A stretch of DNA of 63,032 nucleotides, the filler included, from Choristocarpus tenellus KU-1152 (Eukaryota > Protista > Phaeophyceae): assembly GCA_964200185.2 (NCBI GenBank). It is 10 parts of 10 records of this genome, joined end to end, with 100 filler letters (N's around TTAATTAATTAA, not from the genome) between each part and the next. Parts side by side here need not be neighbours in the genome. Positions count along the whole stretch, not along the records: positions 21,047 to 24,317 come from CAXNAD020021136.1; positions 24,418 to 35,391 come from CAXNAD020002593.1; 8 more parts are not named here. One strand, 5' to 3'. Of this stretch, positions 23,711 to 35,391 are shown piece by piece. The notes under the pieces were generated by a model. That model saw only the letters and a list, made by a program, of their open reading frames with translations, did no database searches and was not told the origin of the DNA. Both the position numbers and the translations under genes were made by a program. Position 1 is the stretch's first letter. Each line of letters begins with the position of its first letter.

Positions 23711-24417
23711 TATGCATCGGGTACTGTTGTGCGGTCGATGCGCCTCCTTTTTTTTTTGAGTGCGCTGCAACAAAGGCAAAGAATTTGTAAGATAGTTGTT
23801 TGCAAAATCGTAGTTTTAAATATTGATAGTTTTAAGTTGATACTTTTTGAATGTTGACAGCTTGAAATATTGATAGTTTTAAATATTAACAGTTTTAAAT
23901 CTTGAAAGTTTTAAATGTCTTTTTTTTTTTCACCCGGGAAGCCTTTTGAGATTTCCGCTGACTTGAGGAGATTGGAGGTAGATGGAGTGAGAATGTTTGA
24001 TGGTGTGTGTGTGTGCTGAATGAATTGATGAATATTTTGAATTCTACCCTTTGGTGGTCTCTTACCTAGTGCATACATACTGCACCGCCATCTACACTGA
24101 AACCCTAACCCTATTTTTGGTCCTGCTTTTGTTGTGCTGGACTTTGCAGGGTAGTTTGAAGGGTAGTGATGCAATGTGGTTTAGTGTGATGTATACACCT
24201 GTTCCCTGTAGTATGATGTGATATGTGGTTTTTAACAACCGTCCCACCTTCCCCCCCCCCCCCCCCCCCACCCACCCCCCCACACCAAACACACCCCCCT
24301 ACCCCACTCCAACCCCCNNNNNNNNNNNNNNNNNNNNNNNNNNNNNNNNNNNNNNNNNNNNTTAATTAATTAANNNNNNNNNNNNNNNNNNNNNNNNNNN
24401 NNNNNNNNNNNNNNNNN

Positions 24418-24433
24418 CCAGATACTTTGAGCC
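24418..24433. mobile_element. MITE family B terminus at contig start
   Basis: CCAGATACTTTGAGCC. Confidence 0.75.
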
Positions 24434-24666
24434 ATTGTGCAACCCCCCCCCCCACCAAAAAAAAAAGAACAGGTTGTCAATTTGTTGGAGGTATCTGACA
24501 AAGTGAGGACTCTAAGCTTAGTTTATTGGTTAGGTTAGATAGCTTCAAATACTTGATTTGAACTGATTCGGACATCGAATCTTCTTCCTGGAATCTATCG
24601 GTTCTACTTGTGCTTATGTCTGCATTGCACTCTGGGCTTGCATTTGGCTCTCCTGGATACCTTTTT

Positions 24667-24839
24667 GGCTCAAAATATCTAGGGGGGGTAGTGGCTGTCC
24701 ATTCGAGGCCCATTTTTCCATGTCACAATATTTTTATGATTTGGTTGCATGCATGGGATAATGTAAGTGTGCTTTTGCTGGTCAGGGTCCGAATGGACAC
24801 CCTGGTGTTGAATCCCCCCCCCAACAGATACTTCAAGCC
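24667..24839 (+). mobile_element. MITE family B, complete (173 bp)
   Basis: GGCTCAAAATATCTAGGGGGGG...CCCCCCCCCAACAGATACTTCAAGCC; TTTT on both flanks. Confidence 0.93.
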
Positions 24840-24936
24840 TTTTAGCCCCAACTATATGTTTGTTTGTTGACTCACCACACATTTTCATGACCTTGATGGT
24901 GATAAGTTCTGATTTATTGTTGCGTTTTTCAGACAG

Positions 24937-25535
24937 GAGGCGGGATTCTTGCACCCAATGAAATGGAAGACACTGGACAAGAGGAAGCATTCACGATCGC
25001 CTCTCAATGCAGTGCCTTTGGAACGTACACTGATGAACCCTCACCTCTCTCAAAGGGACCAGCGCTGTCATGTGGAAGGCCCACCAACAATATCCACCGA
25101 AGGGGTAAATACCTTGTACATAATAGAAATAAGGATGGGGTCAGCAATGTGCACAATCCTCCCAGAGGGTCTGGTCTTCATATGGTAAGGTCGCAGCATG
25201 AACAAAGAGAGATCAGTAGAACAGAAATCGTAGGACAGGGACAGAGTCTGGAGTTAGATGTTGGTGGGGGAGTCACCGAAGACTGCATTCACCGAAGTTA
25301 TAATGATAAAGGCTCAGACAATAGCACTGATGGTAGTACAGCAATGAGGAAGATGAGAGTGCCAATTCTCTCACCAACAGCGAATTCGCCATCAGATGGC
25401 ATCAATGGAACTGAAAAAGTGAGCCCAAGCCCAGGCAAGACGAGAAGAAAGGTGACAATCACACCTGTGTGGAAGCGTCCAGTAGTGCCCTTGACAAAGC
25501 CTTACGTCCCAGTGCCTTCAACATCCTTGTCGTAG
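24937..25535 (+). CDS. Probable terminal exon of an unknown low-complexity protein
   Basis: An open frame of about 200 aa follows TTTTTCAGACAG acceptor(s) and ends in TAG; no domain recognised. Confidence 0.45.
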
Positions 25536-26824
25536 AGTTAGCTGTGGCTCTGGTGTACTGCATACTGTGTTTTCTCACCTCCCCGCCAATATTCTACTGA
25601 GGACTGAGTACTGAGCAACCAACAAAGTACCAGGTTCTATGAGAGCGTTTCATGCTTCGTAGTCATAGAATCACCAACTATCAATTTGAATGATTTGAGT
25701 CTTGCGAAACAAGCATTACTGAAGACTATTTCTGGTCCATCCTCAATTTAAACACGGTGTGTTCCTTTCTTCCTGATACAGCTTCCATCTCTCCACACCT
25801 TCTACGCCAGTCATCACTCCATTCTTCACATTCCTGCCTACCGAATGATCAGATGCTGATTTATGTGAAGGAGTGTATCAAGACTCAGTCACCTTGCTGT
25901 CATATTTAGCGTTCTTCACTTACAGTTACTAATTGGTTGAAATAGGGCTCAACCAACCACTTTTGAAATGCACTGCCTCAATGCCATGATGAACTTTGTC
26001 TCCCAGGTTGAGACCTATCATTAGGAGGGTTGACTGCTACTCAGTTCTCAGTTAACAGTAAAGTTTGAAAGGAAAATAAACTGCCGACATGCACTCAAGA
26101 GTACTTTCCAAAAAAGGTGAAAAGTGGTTTTAGAGTGGTGCTCTTCATGATGCTCAAGATATGTTATAGAAGAGGTAAACAAAATATCGAATCACATGCA
26201 AACTGGGTCTGTCCCAAGAGCAGGGACTCATGAGAAGATTATAGTTTCAGCTTAACCCCAGACGTGTCTAGAAACAGGTGTTAGCTTGTGTTGTTATGTC
26301 TTTACAGAAGGATTGGGTTTCCAGTGGGGTAAGCATACTCTCTTCAGAGCCAAAGAACGCCCAAACATATTGGGTAGCTAGGTGGAATGACTTGTGGGAG
26401 GAACAGCAAACGGTAGAGAAGAAAATAGACAATGGGTGGCATAGTTGAAGGTAGTAAGGGCGGCGTTGTGTATCTGCATCTCTAAAATAAGGGCATTCCA
26501 CGGATGTAGTACTTTCCTCCATGTATATAGGCAGAGCTAGATTCATTCTACTTGTGGTCGGAACTCCTCACTTCAGCAGGGACATGCACCACGACAGCAA
26601 GCATAGTGTTCAAAAGATGTTGCTTCAACTTGTTTCCATTTGCGAATAGGAGCAAGTGAGCAAAGTGATGCACTTTTGGGTAGGCTATGGCAATAATGCC
26701 AACAGTTCCAAAGTGGAGGCCGACCCTCAATCGGTGATCACAAGAGTCCTTATTTTGCTCATGTTAACACTTTCAGTAGAAGCAACGCCAGAGCAGATTG
26801 AACCATTCCTCAGCATGGCAGAGC

Positions 26825-28303
26825 TCAAAGGAACATGACAACAGCACGAAAAATTCCTTCCTCCCCAACGCATGCCAACAACTCAACAAGGCTTTCCAGT
26901 GATTCCTTCTTCACAGAAGCATCCCCTTCCATCGTCAACGCAATGCTGGTGCCTCCTGTAACAGGAGGGCATTCTATATAATTTGATCTGTAACAGTCAC
27001 CCCCATCCTTGAGAGCAGACTGAGGTATGCATCCTTTTCCACATTTGTACTTAACGCCGATATTACCAATGTAACCATCCCAAACCTGTTTGACCTTTTG
27101 CCTTCCACGACTCCCTGGTTGCTTCATATACACCTTCCTCACCGGTGTGATATTTCCCTTATGACCCTGCACTTGAGATCTGATCATGACTAGCCAGCCT
27201 CGGCAAGCCCAGGCCCTATCAGCCTGTGCGTGTTGCAAGGCGAGTAGGATACGATTAGTAGGTTCTAAAGTGTCCTTCCAACCTGGGTCTGCAGACAAAC
27301 CAATGACGTCAGTCGGATATTTGCCCGAAACCCCCACTGCATTTTCATTAGCACCAGCATGGAGAAGAGCTCGCACGCAGCCCTCATGCAGGTGGCGACA
27401 TGCTTCATGGAGAGGGGTATCCATACAAACGTTAACCCCTTCTATGACACCCACTGATCCCTCCCGCAGCATGTCGCCACCAGTCAACTCACTCTCATCC
27501 CGCGCCTGACACCCTCCCTCCTCACACCAAACGTCACCAGCATAGTTGCACGTTGCGTATCGTCCACCTGGTTCAGCCCCTTCCTCGAGCAACAGTTTCA
27601 CCATGTCCTCATTCCCAGAGATGGCAGCCAAGTGAAGAGCAGTGAGAGCCTGCTCGTCAACGACCCACGTAGCCGCCTCCATGTCAGCACCGGCTCGTAG
27701 CAGGGCCCTCACCAAATCCAAAGATTTGGTTCTCCAATTGCTAATACCCTCGCCATCGCCTTCGCCTTCGCCTTCTTCATTACAACCGATACCAGAGGTC
27801 AACCTGACAGCGAAGTGCAAAGGTGTCCACCCCCCATCATCCTGAGCGTGGACGTCGGCACCGCAGTGGAGCAATTGCTGCGCCACCCCTGTGTGCCCCT
27901 CAATTATCGCCACATGCAGAGGAGTTCTCTCGCCTGCTGTCCTTGCCTCAATGTTTGCTCCTCCTTGGATAAGAACACCCACAACATTACTGAAGCCCCT
28001 CCTGGATGCGACATGCAGGGGGGTTTCACCCTCCCCCCTAGAGGCGATGTTGGGGTTGGCACCCAGAGAAACAAGTTCTCTCGCTTCAGCAGCCGAACCA
28101 GAATAGGCAGTCTCGTGAAGCGCAGCCCAACCTCCTTGGTCGAGGGCGTCCAGCTGTCCATCCATATACTTCATCACATATGTGCAGACGAGGCCAGCTT
28201 CTCCAGCAGAGGCAACGGGTAAAAGGGGGGGCGTAGGAAATTGAGCAGTGTCGTGATCCGAGAACGACTGGAAACACACCATTTGTGACTTGAAGGTGCA
28301 CAA
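26825..28303 (-). CDS. Ankyrin-repeat protein, single exon (true start possibly about 28174, MKYMDG)
   Basis: 492-aa ORF with about 6 ankyrin repeats (GWAALHETA, GETPLHVAS, ERTPLHVAI, GWTPLHFAV, LTALHLAA, DTPLHEAC) and a C-terminal ADRAWACRGWLVMIR...EEGIFRAVVMFL. Confidence 0.92.
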   Translation of the reverse strand: MCTFKSQMVCFQSFSDHDTAQFPTPPLLPVASAGEAGLVCTYVMKYMDGQLDALDQGGWAALHETAYSGSAAEARELVSLGANPNIASRGEGETPLHVASRRGFSNVVGVLIQGGANIEARTAGERTPLHVAIIEGHTGVAQQLLHCGADVHAQDDGGWTPLHFAVRLTSGIGCNEEGEGEGDGEGISNWRTKSLDLVRALLRAGADMEAATWVVDEQALTALHLAAISGNEDMVKLLLEEGAEPGGRYATCNYAGDVWCEEGGCQARDESELTGGDMLREGSVGVIEGVNVCMDTPLHEACRHLHEGCVRALLHAGANENAVGVSGKYPTDVIGLSADPGWKDTLEPTNRILLALQHAQADRAWACRGWLVMIRSQVQGHKGNITPVRKVYMKQPGSRGRQKVKQVWDGYIGNIGVKYKCGKGCIPQSALKDGGDCYRSNYIECPPVTGGTSIALTMEGDASVKKESLESLVELLACVGEEGIFRAVVMFL

Positions 28304-29415
28304 GACGTGACCCGCTGCCTTTCACAGCCTTGATCTTGCCTAATCTGACCACAATCCGCTTCCAATTGCACTGGAAGGGGTTCAAATAATCGCCAGCAGT
28401 ATTCACTAACCACACCCACTCTTTTCTCCCCTATGTAGATCACCGTGTACGTCTTGCACCTTCTAATGCATCAAGATAGGTGTTGTTTGATGTTGGGAAT
28501 TTTGTGAGTGTAGGAGAGAAATCTCTCCGCTCTCGCCAACTTTTCTCCAAATAATTTTGTTGATGTTGGGAGTTTTTTTAGTATAGGAGATAATTCTCTC
28601 CGCTCCCACCAACTATTCCTCCAACCCTTTTTTGAGTGTTTTGATGGCCGTTCAGGGCTTTTGGTATAGATCGGGGACATTGAGAGCAAGGGTGGAGTAT
28701 TTTTTGCCCTTCCTCTCTCATATCGGATATTAGTTGCCTTTCATTATTTTTTATTTTGTGGTATCTTTCGTGAAGAGGAGGTCCGCACGATGGTTCTGGA
28801 GAGAAACCTAAAGTACAAAGCATAAGAAATATATATATCACGCATAATTATACTTACTAACATATACTGCAATCAATAGTGTAAGTGGACAGACAGACCT
28901 CTAGCCAGATAAAATTATCGGACTAGTACAGACAACATGGAGGTGAAATCGGAGATTTTATTGATTAAAGTATTAAAATTGGGGTTGTTACTTCTGACTC
29001 ACATTGTGAATAACAGAAAAATGTATCCGCCGATTCTTTTCACTGGTTCTTGTTAGAAATCGAGGAAAGTCGGGTACCCAAGAGGTAGGACCCCCATCAC
29101 CAACGCCGTTTGTATAGTAGTAGGGTCATTCACAATAAATTCAACAAAAGTGGTGAGTTGTGAGGCAATATAAGAAGCAGGTAATGGGGTTTGGTGCATG
29201 CAGAACAAACAATATAATCAAAACAACAGAGTTGGGAGTGCTTGGAATGAAGGCTTCCTATTCATCAACACCAACAACTGACAGAAAGATATTTAAAAAC
29301 AAACAGAAACCGACACCTTCGAAACGACAGAATAGGTGTTTAAAATTTAAAAGAAAACTAAGGATGGTTGGGTCAATGGAATTGGGTACGTCATCTCCAG
29401 TTGGACAATAAAAAA

Positions 29416-29559
29416 CAGCCGATTTCAAAAATTGAGGATGGAGCTTTTCATTGAGAGTCTAGACACTTATTTATTTGTAATACAAAAATATATATATCGA
29501 CACTTTATCCCAGTCAATTTTGGGTCAAGCCCATCCTCTCAATGAAAAGCTCCATCCTC
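29416..29559. mobile_element. Short inverted-repeat element (family E), one end truncated
   Basis: Perfect 24-bp IR GAGGATGGAGCTTTTCATTGAGAG (29434-29457 / 29536-29559); a second copy is at about 56097-56202. Confidence 0.8.
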
Positions 29560-30349
29560 GCGTATTTTATATCAAGGAATGTATATTATGCGTAAGATGA
29601 TATTTGCACACCTGAACCAACTGCTGCTAGACTGTCACAATGAAGGCAGTTTAAAAACAAAGATTCAATCTCAGAGGTTGGTCGGGTCTTACCTTATACC
29701 TTATCCATCGACCTGTGGTGTCTTCAGTTTAAAGAGCTCAGCATAACGTGCTTAATATAGTGCTATTTGTACCGTTACCCAGACGCAATATCTCACATGT
29801 GTGCCTTCTCTGTTCTCTTCCTGCTGAGCTCCCCAGCATCCCGACCACAACCCATCGCGTGAGTTGCTAGCTCATCCAGGAACTGATCTTAGTGTTGTGT
29901 GCCAACAGGCCCAACACTTTCCCTTCACTGCAAAGAAGGTGTCGAGTTTGAAACGCTACAAGACAGTAGTAGCAAGGTTCCGGTGTATGTCCGGTGTATG
30001 CAGTGATATACTTATTAACCAATAAACGGTTGGTCATGTATACTGACATGCTTACAACGTCAGCAGTAGATACCTCAATAATTTCATACATCTCAGTGGA
30101 GCAACCTTCTGTTACTTGTACACTTTCTTATTATATCTGAAGAAGTAGGTAGGAGAAAACACTCATTGGAAACCCTAGTTGTTATAGTCACACTGTTGAA
30201 GTTATTTTCACTGCTATTTTACCACTGTTCATTGCTCCATTGCTCGTAAAGGACCCCCACCACTTGTACCACACGATATCCATCCACCTATTCCTCAAAT
30301 GTTGCTGCAGCAAATTCTATGCACCTCGAGTAGTATGATACATAATAAT

Positions 30350-30598
30350 CAGCCAAAGTAAACTAGAGGTACCCAGGTTTTGACCGTTTTGCGTTTCCAG
30401 TCTGTTTTTCAAACATTCACCCATATTTCTATGGATGAGGTTCTAAGATTATCTTGGGAACGTTTATATCTCGATTGTTTGACAAACATTGACACAATTC
30501 AGAACATATCCTATACCCGTTTGAAAAAAAGGCAACTTTTGGACATATTTATCAGATCCTTAAATGCAACTCTGGGTACCTCTCGTTTACGTCGACCC
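30350..30598 (+). mobile_element. MITE family C, complete
   Basis: CAGCCAAAGTAAACTAGAGGTACCCAG...CTGGGTACCTCTCGTTTACGTCGACCC; AAT on both flanks. Confidence 0.85.
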
Positions 30599-30601
30599 AA
30601 T

Positions 30602-30863
30602 GAATCAAGGCAATCGAGAGGTAAGCAGGTTTGGGCCCTTTTGCATTCCAAGCCATTTTTCCCACACCATGCAATACATATCATTTCATTGCTTCATGTG
30701 CACAATAGTGTACGCAAGATTAGTATTACCCCTTTCCACGCACAAAGTGACACCACAATTCAGCAAAGAAAGGCTCTTTCTGCAATTGTACAAAATGACG
30801 TATTTTACCCTTTCTCGGGATCCTTAAAATGCAACCCTGCCTACCTCTCAATTGATTTGGCTC
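30602..30863 (+). mobile_element. MITE family D, complete
   Basis: GAATCAAGGCAATCGAGAGGTAAGCAGG...CCTGCCTACCTCTCAATTGATTTGGCTC; an inverted homologue is at 32203-32452. Confidence 0.85.
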
Positions 30864-31086
30864 AACATTTGATCATTTTCATGCCTACTTACATTTTGAA
30901 GGCAAGTGTTATCATGGGAGCAGTGCTAAGTTTGACTTGAGATCGTTGATCTCTCTATTGTATGAAGATTATTAACAGAATTCAGAAAAAAAAGTCCCTA
31001 CACGCTTTTGTACAAAATGCCTACTTTTGCGCCTTTGCCAGCATCTTTAAAATGCTACCCTGGGTACCTCTCACTTACATTGGCTC
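30864..31086 (+). mobile_element. MITE family C, 5'-truncated
   Basis: Interior similar to 4800-4930; ends CTGGGTACCTCTCACTTACATTGGCTC. Confidence 0.75.
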
Positions 31087-31299
31087 TTCGTTACCACTGA
31101 ACCCTTTGTCAAATAAATGTTTGATTTACATGACACAATATTAGTTTGTGTGATACTTTGACGTAGTAATAATTTGAAGGAGGAGTAAACGATACCAAAA
31201 AGCAAATGGAAAGTTGAAGATAAAGTAATGCAAAAAGTAATTCAAAGGAAATACTATGAACATTACAGGAAGAGGCTCAAGTAAGACATACATATCAGG

Positions 31300-31810
31300 A
31301 TCTCTCACCGGGCAAGGTAAATATAACAAGACTGGTCGTGGGCCCATCCTTGTGAAATTTGTTTTAACGGGACTTGTCCAGGACCAGCTGTTGATTCACA
31401 GATGGTACGGAGCTGGTCTGGTCACTTTTCAGTTTATCATGTCATGATGATGGGAATGTATACAGGTTTGAAGTACTTTTTTATAGCGTGCTTATTCTCG
31501 CACACACTTGGACAACTTGGGGGTACTTCTGACCTATTTTGACTCGGTGGGTCAGACCCGTCTTGAACAGGCCAGCCCTGCTAACAGACCGTGAGAGATT
31601 TGAAGAGGGCCAGGTCGCGAATCGGCTCGGATTTTTTTTTGCATGGCCAATCCGGGACCACCCAAGGTTTCAACCAGACCCAGGTGTAGGCCAGTCCCTG
31701 TAAAATATGTTGAAATAAGGCCAGTCCAGGGCCATCAAAGACATGTCCAGACCGTGTTGTGGGTCGGCCCGGAGCTCTGGTCCGGTTAACTGCCGGTCCA
31801 GTGAATAGCT
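31300..31810. mobile_element. Probable non-autonomous hAT-like remnants (GC-rich subterminal repeats, ...GCCCTG/...TCCCTG ends)
   Basis: Repeated GGCCAG(T)CC/GACC motifs and CAGGG-type termini on the minus strand at 31580 and 31700; similar motifs at 17710-17939. Confidence 0.4.
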
Positions 31811-32202
31811 CTGATACATACCAGAAAGAACTGCCAGCATTGTTGATTAACAAAATAGTTGGCTGGTCATGGCCACATAATATTAATATCATGGGATGCC
31901 CCATTCATACCCAGCAACACCATGCAGTAAGGATCAATTTGCAGAGAAAAGAAAGAAATCATAGAAGGGTTCAAATGGTCCAAGAAGGTCTCTACTCACT
32001 TGAATGCAATTCGGAAGAACAAGGAAGAAAAAGGAAGAAGAGGAGGCAGACAAACACATCCATATGCGGCGGCAGATGCTTTGGTAATCTTCATGTCATT
32101 CCAGTTGCCAAAAAAAAACACTTCACTCCCAACAGCACCCATGCATGCATCAGGTATGCACGTATTACATGTATCATTTAATCGTGCAAATTACTTTCCA
32201 GT

Positions 32203-32452
32203 GAGTCAAACCAACTGAGAGGAAGGTAGGGTTGCATTTTAAGGATCCTGAGAAAGGGAAAAAATACGCAATTTTGTACAATTGCAGAAATAACTTCTGC
32301 TGAATCGTGGTGTCACTGTGTGCGTGAAAAAAGGGAATATCCATTTTGCATTAACTATTGTACACATCAAGGAATTAAATAGATTGTATTGTACAGGGTA
32401 AGAAACATGGCTTGGAATATAATAGTATTCAACCTATCAATTTGTTTTGCTC
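32203..32452 (-). mobile_element. MITE family D
   Basis: Reverse complement of 30602-30863; AGT on both flanks. Confidence 0.85.
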
Positions 32453-34649
32453 AGTCTTGTTATAAAACTTATGTTAAAATTCTAATAATACGTGTTCCAG
32501 TTAGAAAGGCGATTTATGATGAGTTTGGTAATATTATTGGAAGATATGGGGGGCTACTTCTGCAGCCTGTATTTTATGTGGACGGGACACTCAGGCATGA
32601 CTGAGAGGGTCACCATGCTGGTGGCTGGTCCATCAGTTCATGAGATCGAAACCACTTTGTCAATAGTTATGCGAAGCAGTATGTAGGTCGGGCGGGCTTA
32701 ACTTCCTACACATGATTGTTGCATTTTCTGCCCTTGCAAGTGAGACCCTCACAAGATACGAACTGAGCACAACATGATGTCGCTTGGTTCGGGACACACA
32801 CATACACACACACACGAGGGTTTAGAATACAGGATATTCTGAGTCTGTCACACAATTTGCTGACAACTCATACTTCCAGTAGTAACGATTTAAAGAAGCA
32901 ACCCGGACACATGAAAACTAGTCGAGGACACAGTGAGATATCACAGTGACACGCGTGGCATACTTTGCTTGTTTATCGTAGGATTCATTCTCCTCTCTGC
33001 AAGAAGCTCAGCACAGCAAATCAATCAATGTATCAGTCAGCCCCATACCATGAGAGATAGTTTACTGACTCGAAACTGACGAGGTAGACATGCAAAGCAC
33101 CCACTCTGTATCGTCTAGCTCATTCACCTATTTTTCAGCTCTGTAATATTGCAGCAAAATAATCCATAGAGTCACACATTTCCGCCCACTTTGGAAGTAC
33201 TCACTCATTATTTTCAAACGACACACGACTCTCTGCACGGTATAGCGATTTGTTCCTTTTCCCAAGCCCTAAAATCAGTCATCAGCATTCATTAGATTAC
33301 GAATCTCACACCACTTGCTTCCCTTCGTTTCAAGATAAGGTGTGAACTTGGGTGAGTGCATAGAAAATACTACACATCATACTTAGTTAGCCAGGACACC
33401 GACCATCACATAGGGGAAGGGATGGGAAGATACTAGGTAATTGACACAAAGTTTTTTTCTTAGCATTGGCACATCCCTCCTCCATCATGGAAGCACTGTG
33501 GTGCATTCCTACATCATACTTAGACAAGGTTGGGGAGGTCTTCCTGGTGTGCGTGTTGGAGGAGGAATTGACTGGACAATTTTACAACACAACACACACA
33601 TTTATTCTGTTATCCACTAAATATTATAGTATGTCGCTTAAAGGTAACCTAATGATCACACACGCATGTGTACGCATAATATTTGATGAGGTCCTGGGCT
33701 GGAGTCATATTAGTGTGAATATTCGTAGGGAACAATATCTTTGGGGACATTGTGTATGCGTATAGTTTGGTTTCTTTTTTAGAAAGAAGTGACGACTCGA
33801 ATATAACCTCTTTAGCAACCATGATTTTGGTATTTTCCATATATACATACAGTAGTGGTAGTAATTTGTATGATGATAGTGATAATGATAACATTTTATA
33901 TACACATATGTATATAGTTTTCATTGGTTTCCCCCTGACACATCTGCAAAATGTCAGAGGGCTACAGTTTGAATCTGGGGCTGACTGTGTTTGTGAAGGC
34001 GTCAACATGCGTCATATGATGGTTCGTTAGATTCTACTGACGCTTGCTGACCGATGGACAATTTCTTGGTCGATCAATCAAGGACCCCACCCAATATCGA
34101 GATAGGCGATATTTTTTTCGAGGATATACTTGATCGATATAGAAATATCTGCAATCCACGTTGGTCTCGAGCATTACCATGGCATGATAAGAATATACTA
34201 CTTTCGATATGTGTCATCTCACCATACACACAGCAGAAGTTGGCGCACTATGTTACCTCCTACAACGCAAGGAAAGAATGCGTGACTTGCCTGCCGCCTT
34301 CAGTATACTTCAGTTTAGAGTTTGGAGAGAAAGGGGAAGGCAAGGTCTTGTATCGGGGTAGTGAATATACGACCATGTTACGATAGTGATATCGCACCAG
34401 ACGATCCGATGGGCGGGACATTTGGAGGTTGCGAAATCGTGTATGGTGATGAAAATGAATATTGAATATGGTTAAGGGATACAAAAATGGAAACTTCGTT
34501 GGTTAAAATAAACCAACGAAGTGATGTACTGAGTCACATGACTGTTCCTTGACTTCATCGCTTCCCCCCTTCCCATCAACCCTCATTCCATTCCTCAATA
34601 GCCGTCTGCTCCCTTCTACCCTTGCCTCGTAACACCAACAGAAATAGAG

Positions 34650-35391
34650 ATGAAGACTTCCAACCAGATGTTCCTTGGTGCCACCGCTGCAGCTGTGTCT
34701 GCGACCTCTGCCTTCGTGCAGCCCCTTGGTGGATCCCTGGCTGTCAGGCCCGGGACTGCTGCGCCTTCTGGGCTGAAGATGAGCGCAGGATCCGACTACG
34801 TTGCAACCCTTCCCGGTGCCCCCTTCTCGGACGGGGCTGTGTGGGATCCCCTTGGATTCTCGGTCAAGAACGACCCCGAGACTATCAAGAAGTTCCGTGA
34901 AGCAGAGGTGAAGCACGGTCGCGTTGCCATGCTCGCCGCCGTGGGCATCCTTGTGGCTGAGGTGAGATTGTTATTTCTCCTGTAACGCCGTGCCGTGTAG
35001 TTGACATCCAGTCTCCTCCCGCGTATGTAGTGTTCAATAGTGTCCTCTGGAGTGTGAGTCTGTGTTGTCCGTAGTGGCAATCGCCAATCACGTCGAAGCA
35101 TGTCGAGTCACGTTTATTGATCTCGTTACAAATCACCCGCGATTGCCACACGCTCCCCTTCAATCGCTACTGTTTGCAGAGCTTCCACCCCCTGTTCATG
35201 GGCCCCGACTACATCGGCCCCGCCGTGGACCACTTCCAGGAGATCACCGCCCGCTTCCCCGCCTTCTGGGTGGCAGCCGTGACCGGCATCGCCTTCGTGG
35301 AGTACCAGGCCATCACGCAGGGTTGGGGGGAGTTGGACTCCACCACTGGGACGGGTAACCTCAAGGCCGAGTACACCCCAGGGGACATCGG
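34650..35391 (+). CDS. LHCX: Fucoxanthin-chlorophyll light-harvesting protein, LHCX (LI818/LHCSR-like) clade; exons 34650-34961 and 35180->35391 (cut by contig end)
   Basis: Signal peptide ending TSA-FV (ASAFAP-type), WDPLGF, FREAEVKHGRVAMLA, and FHPLF...GPAVDHFQ typical of LI818/LHCX; 218-bp GT-AG intron. Confidence 0.92.

Noticed and set aside
27186-28222. Plus-strand ORFs overlapping the ankyrin gene
   Set aside because: Antisense shadows of a GC-rich coding sequence.
28450-29400. Possible second hAT relic on the minus strand (VPDLYQK...GAERIIS)
   Set aside because: Only a weak, stop-ridden resemblance to the dimerisation domain.
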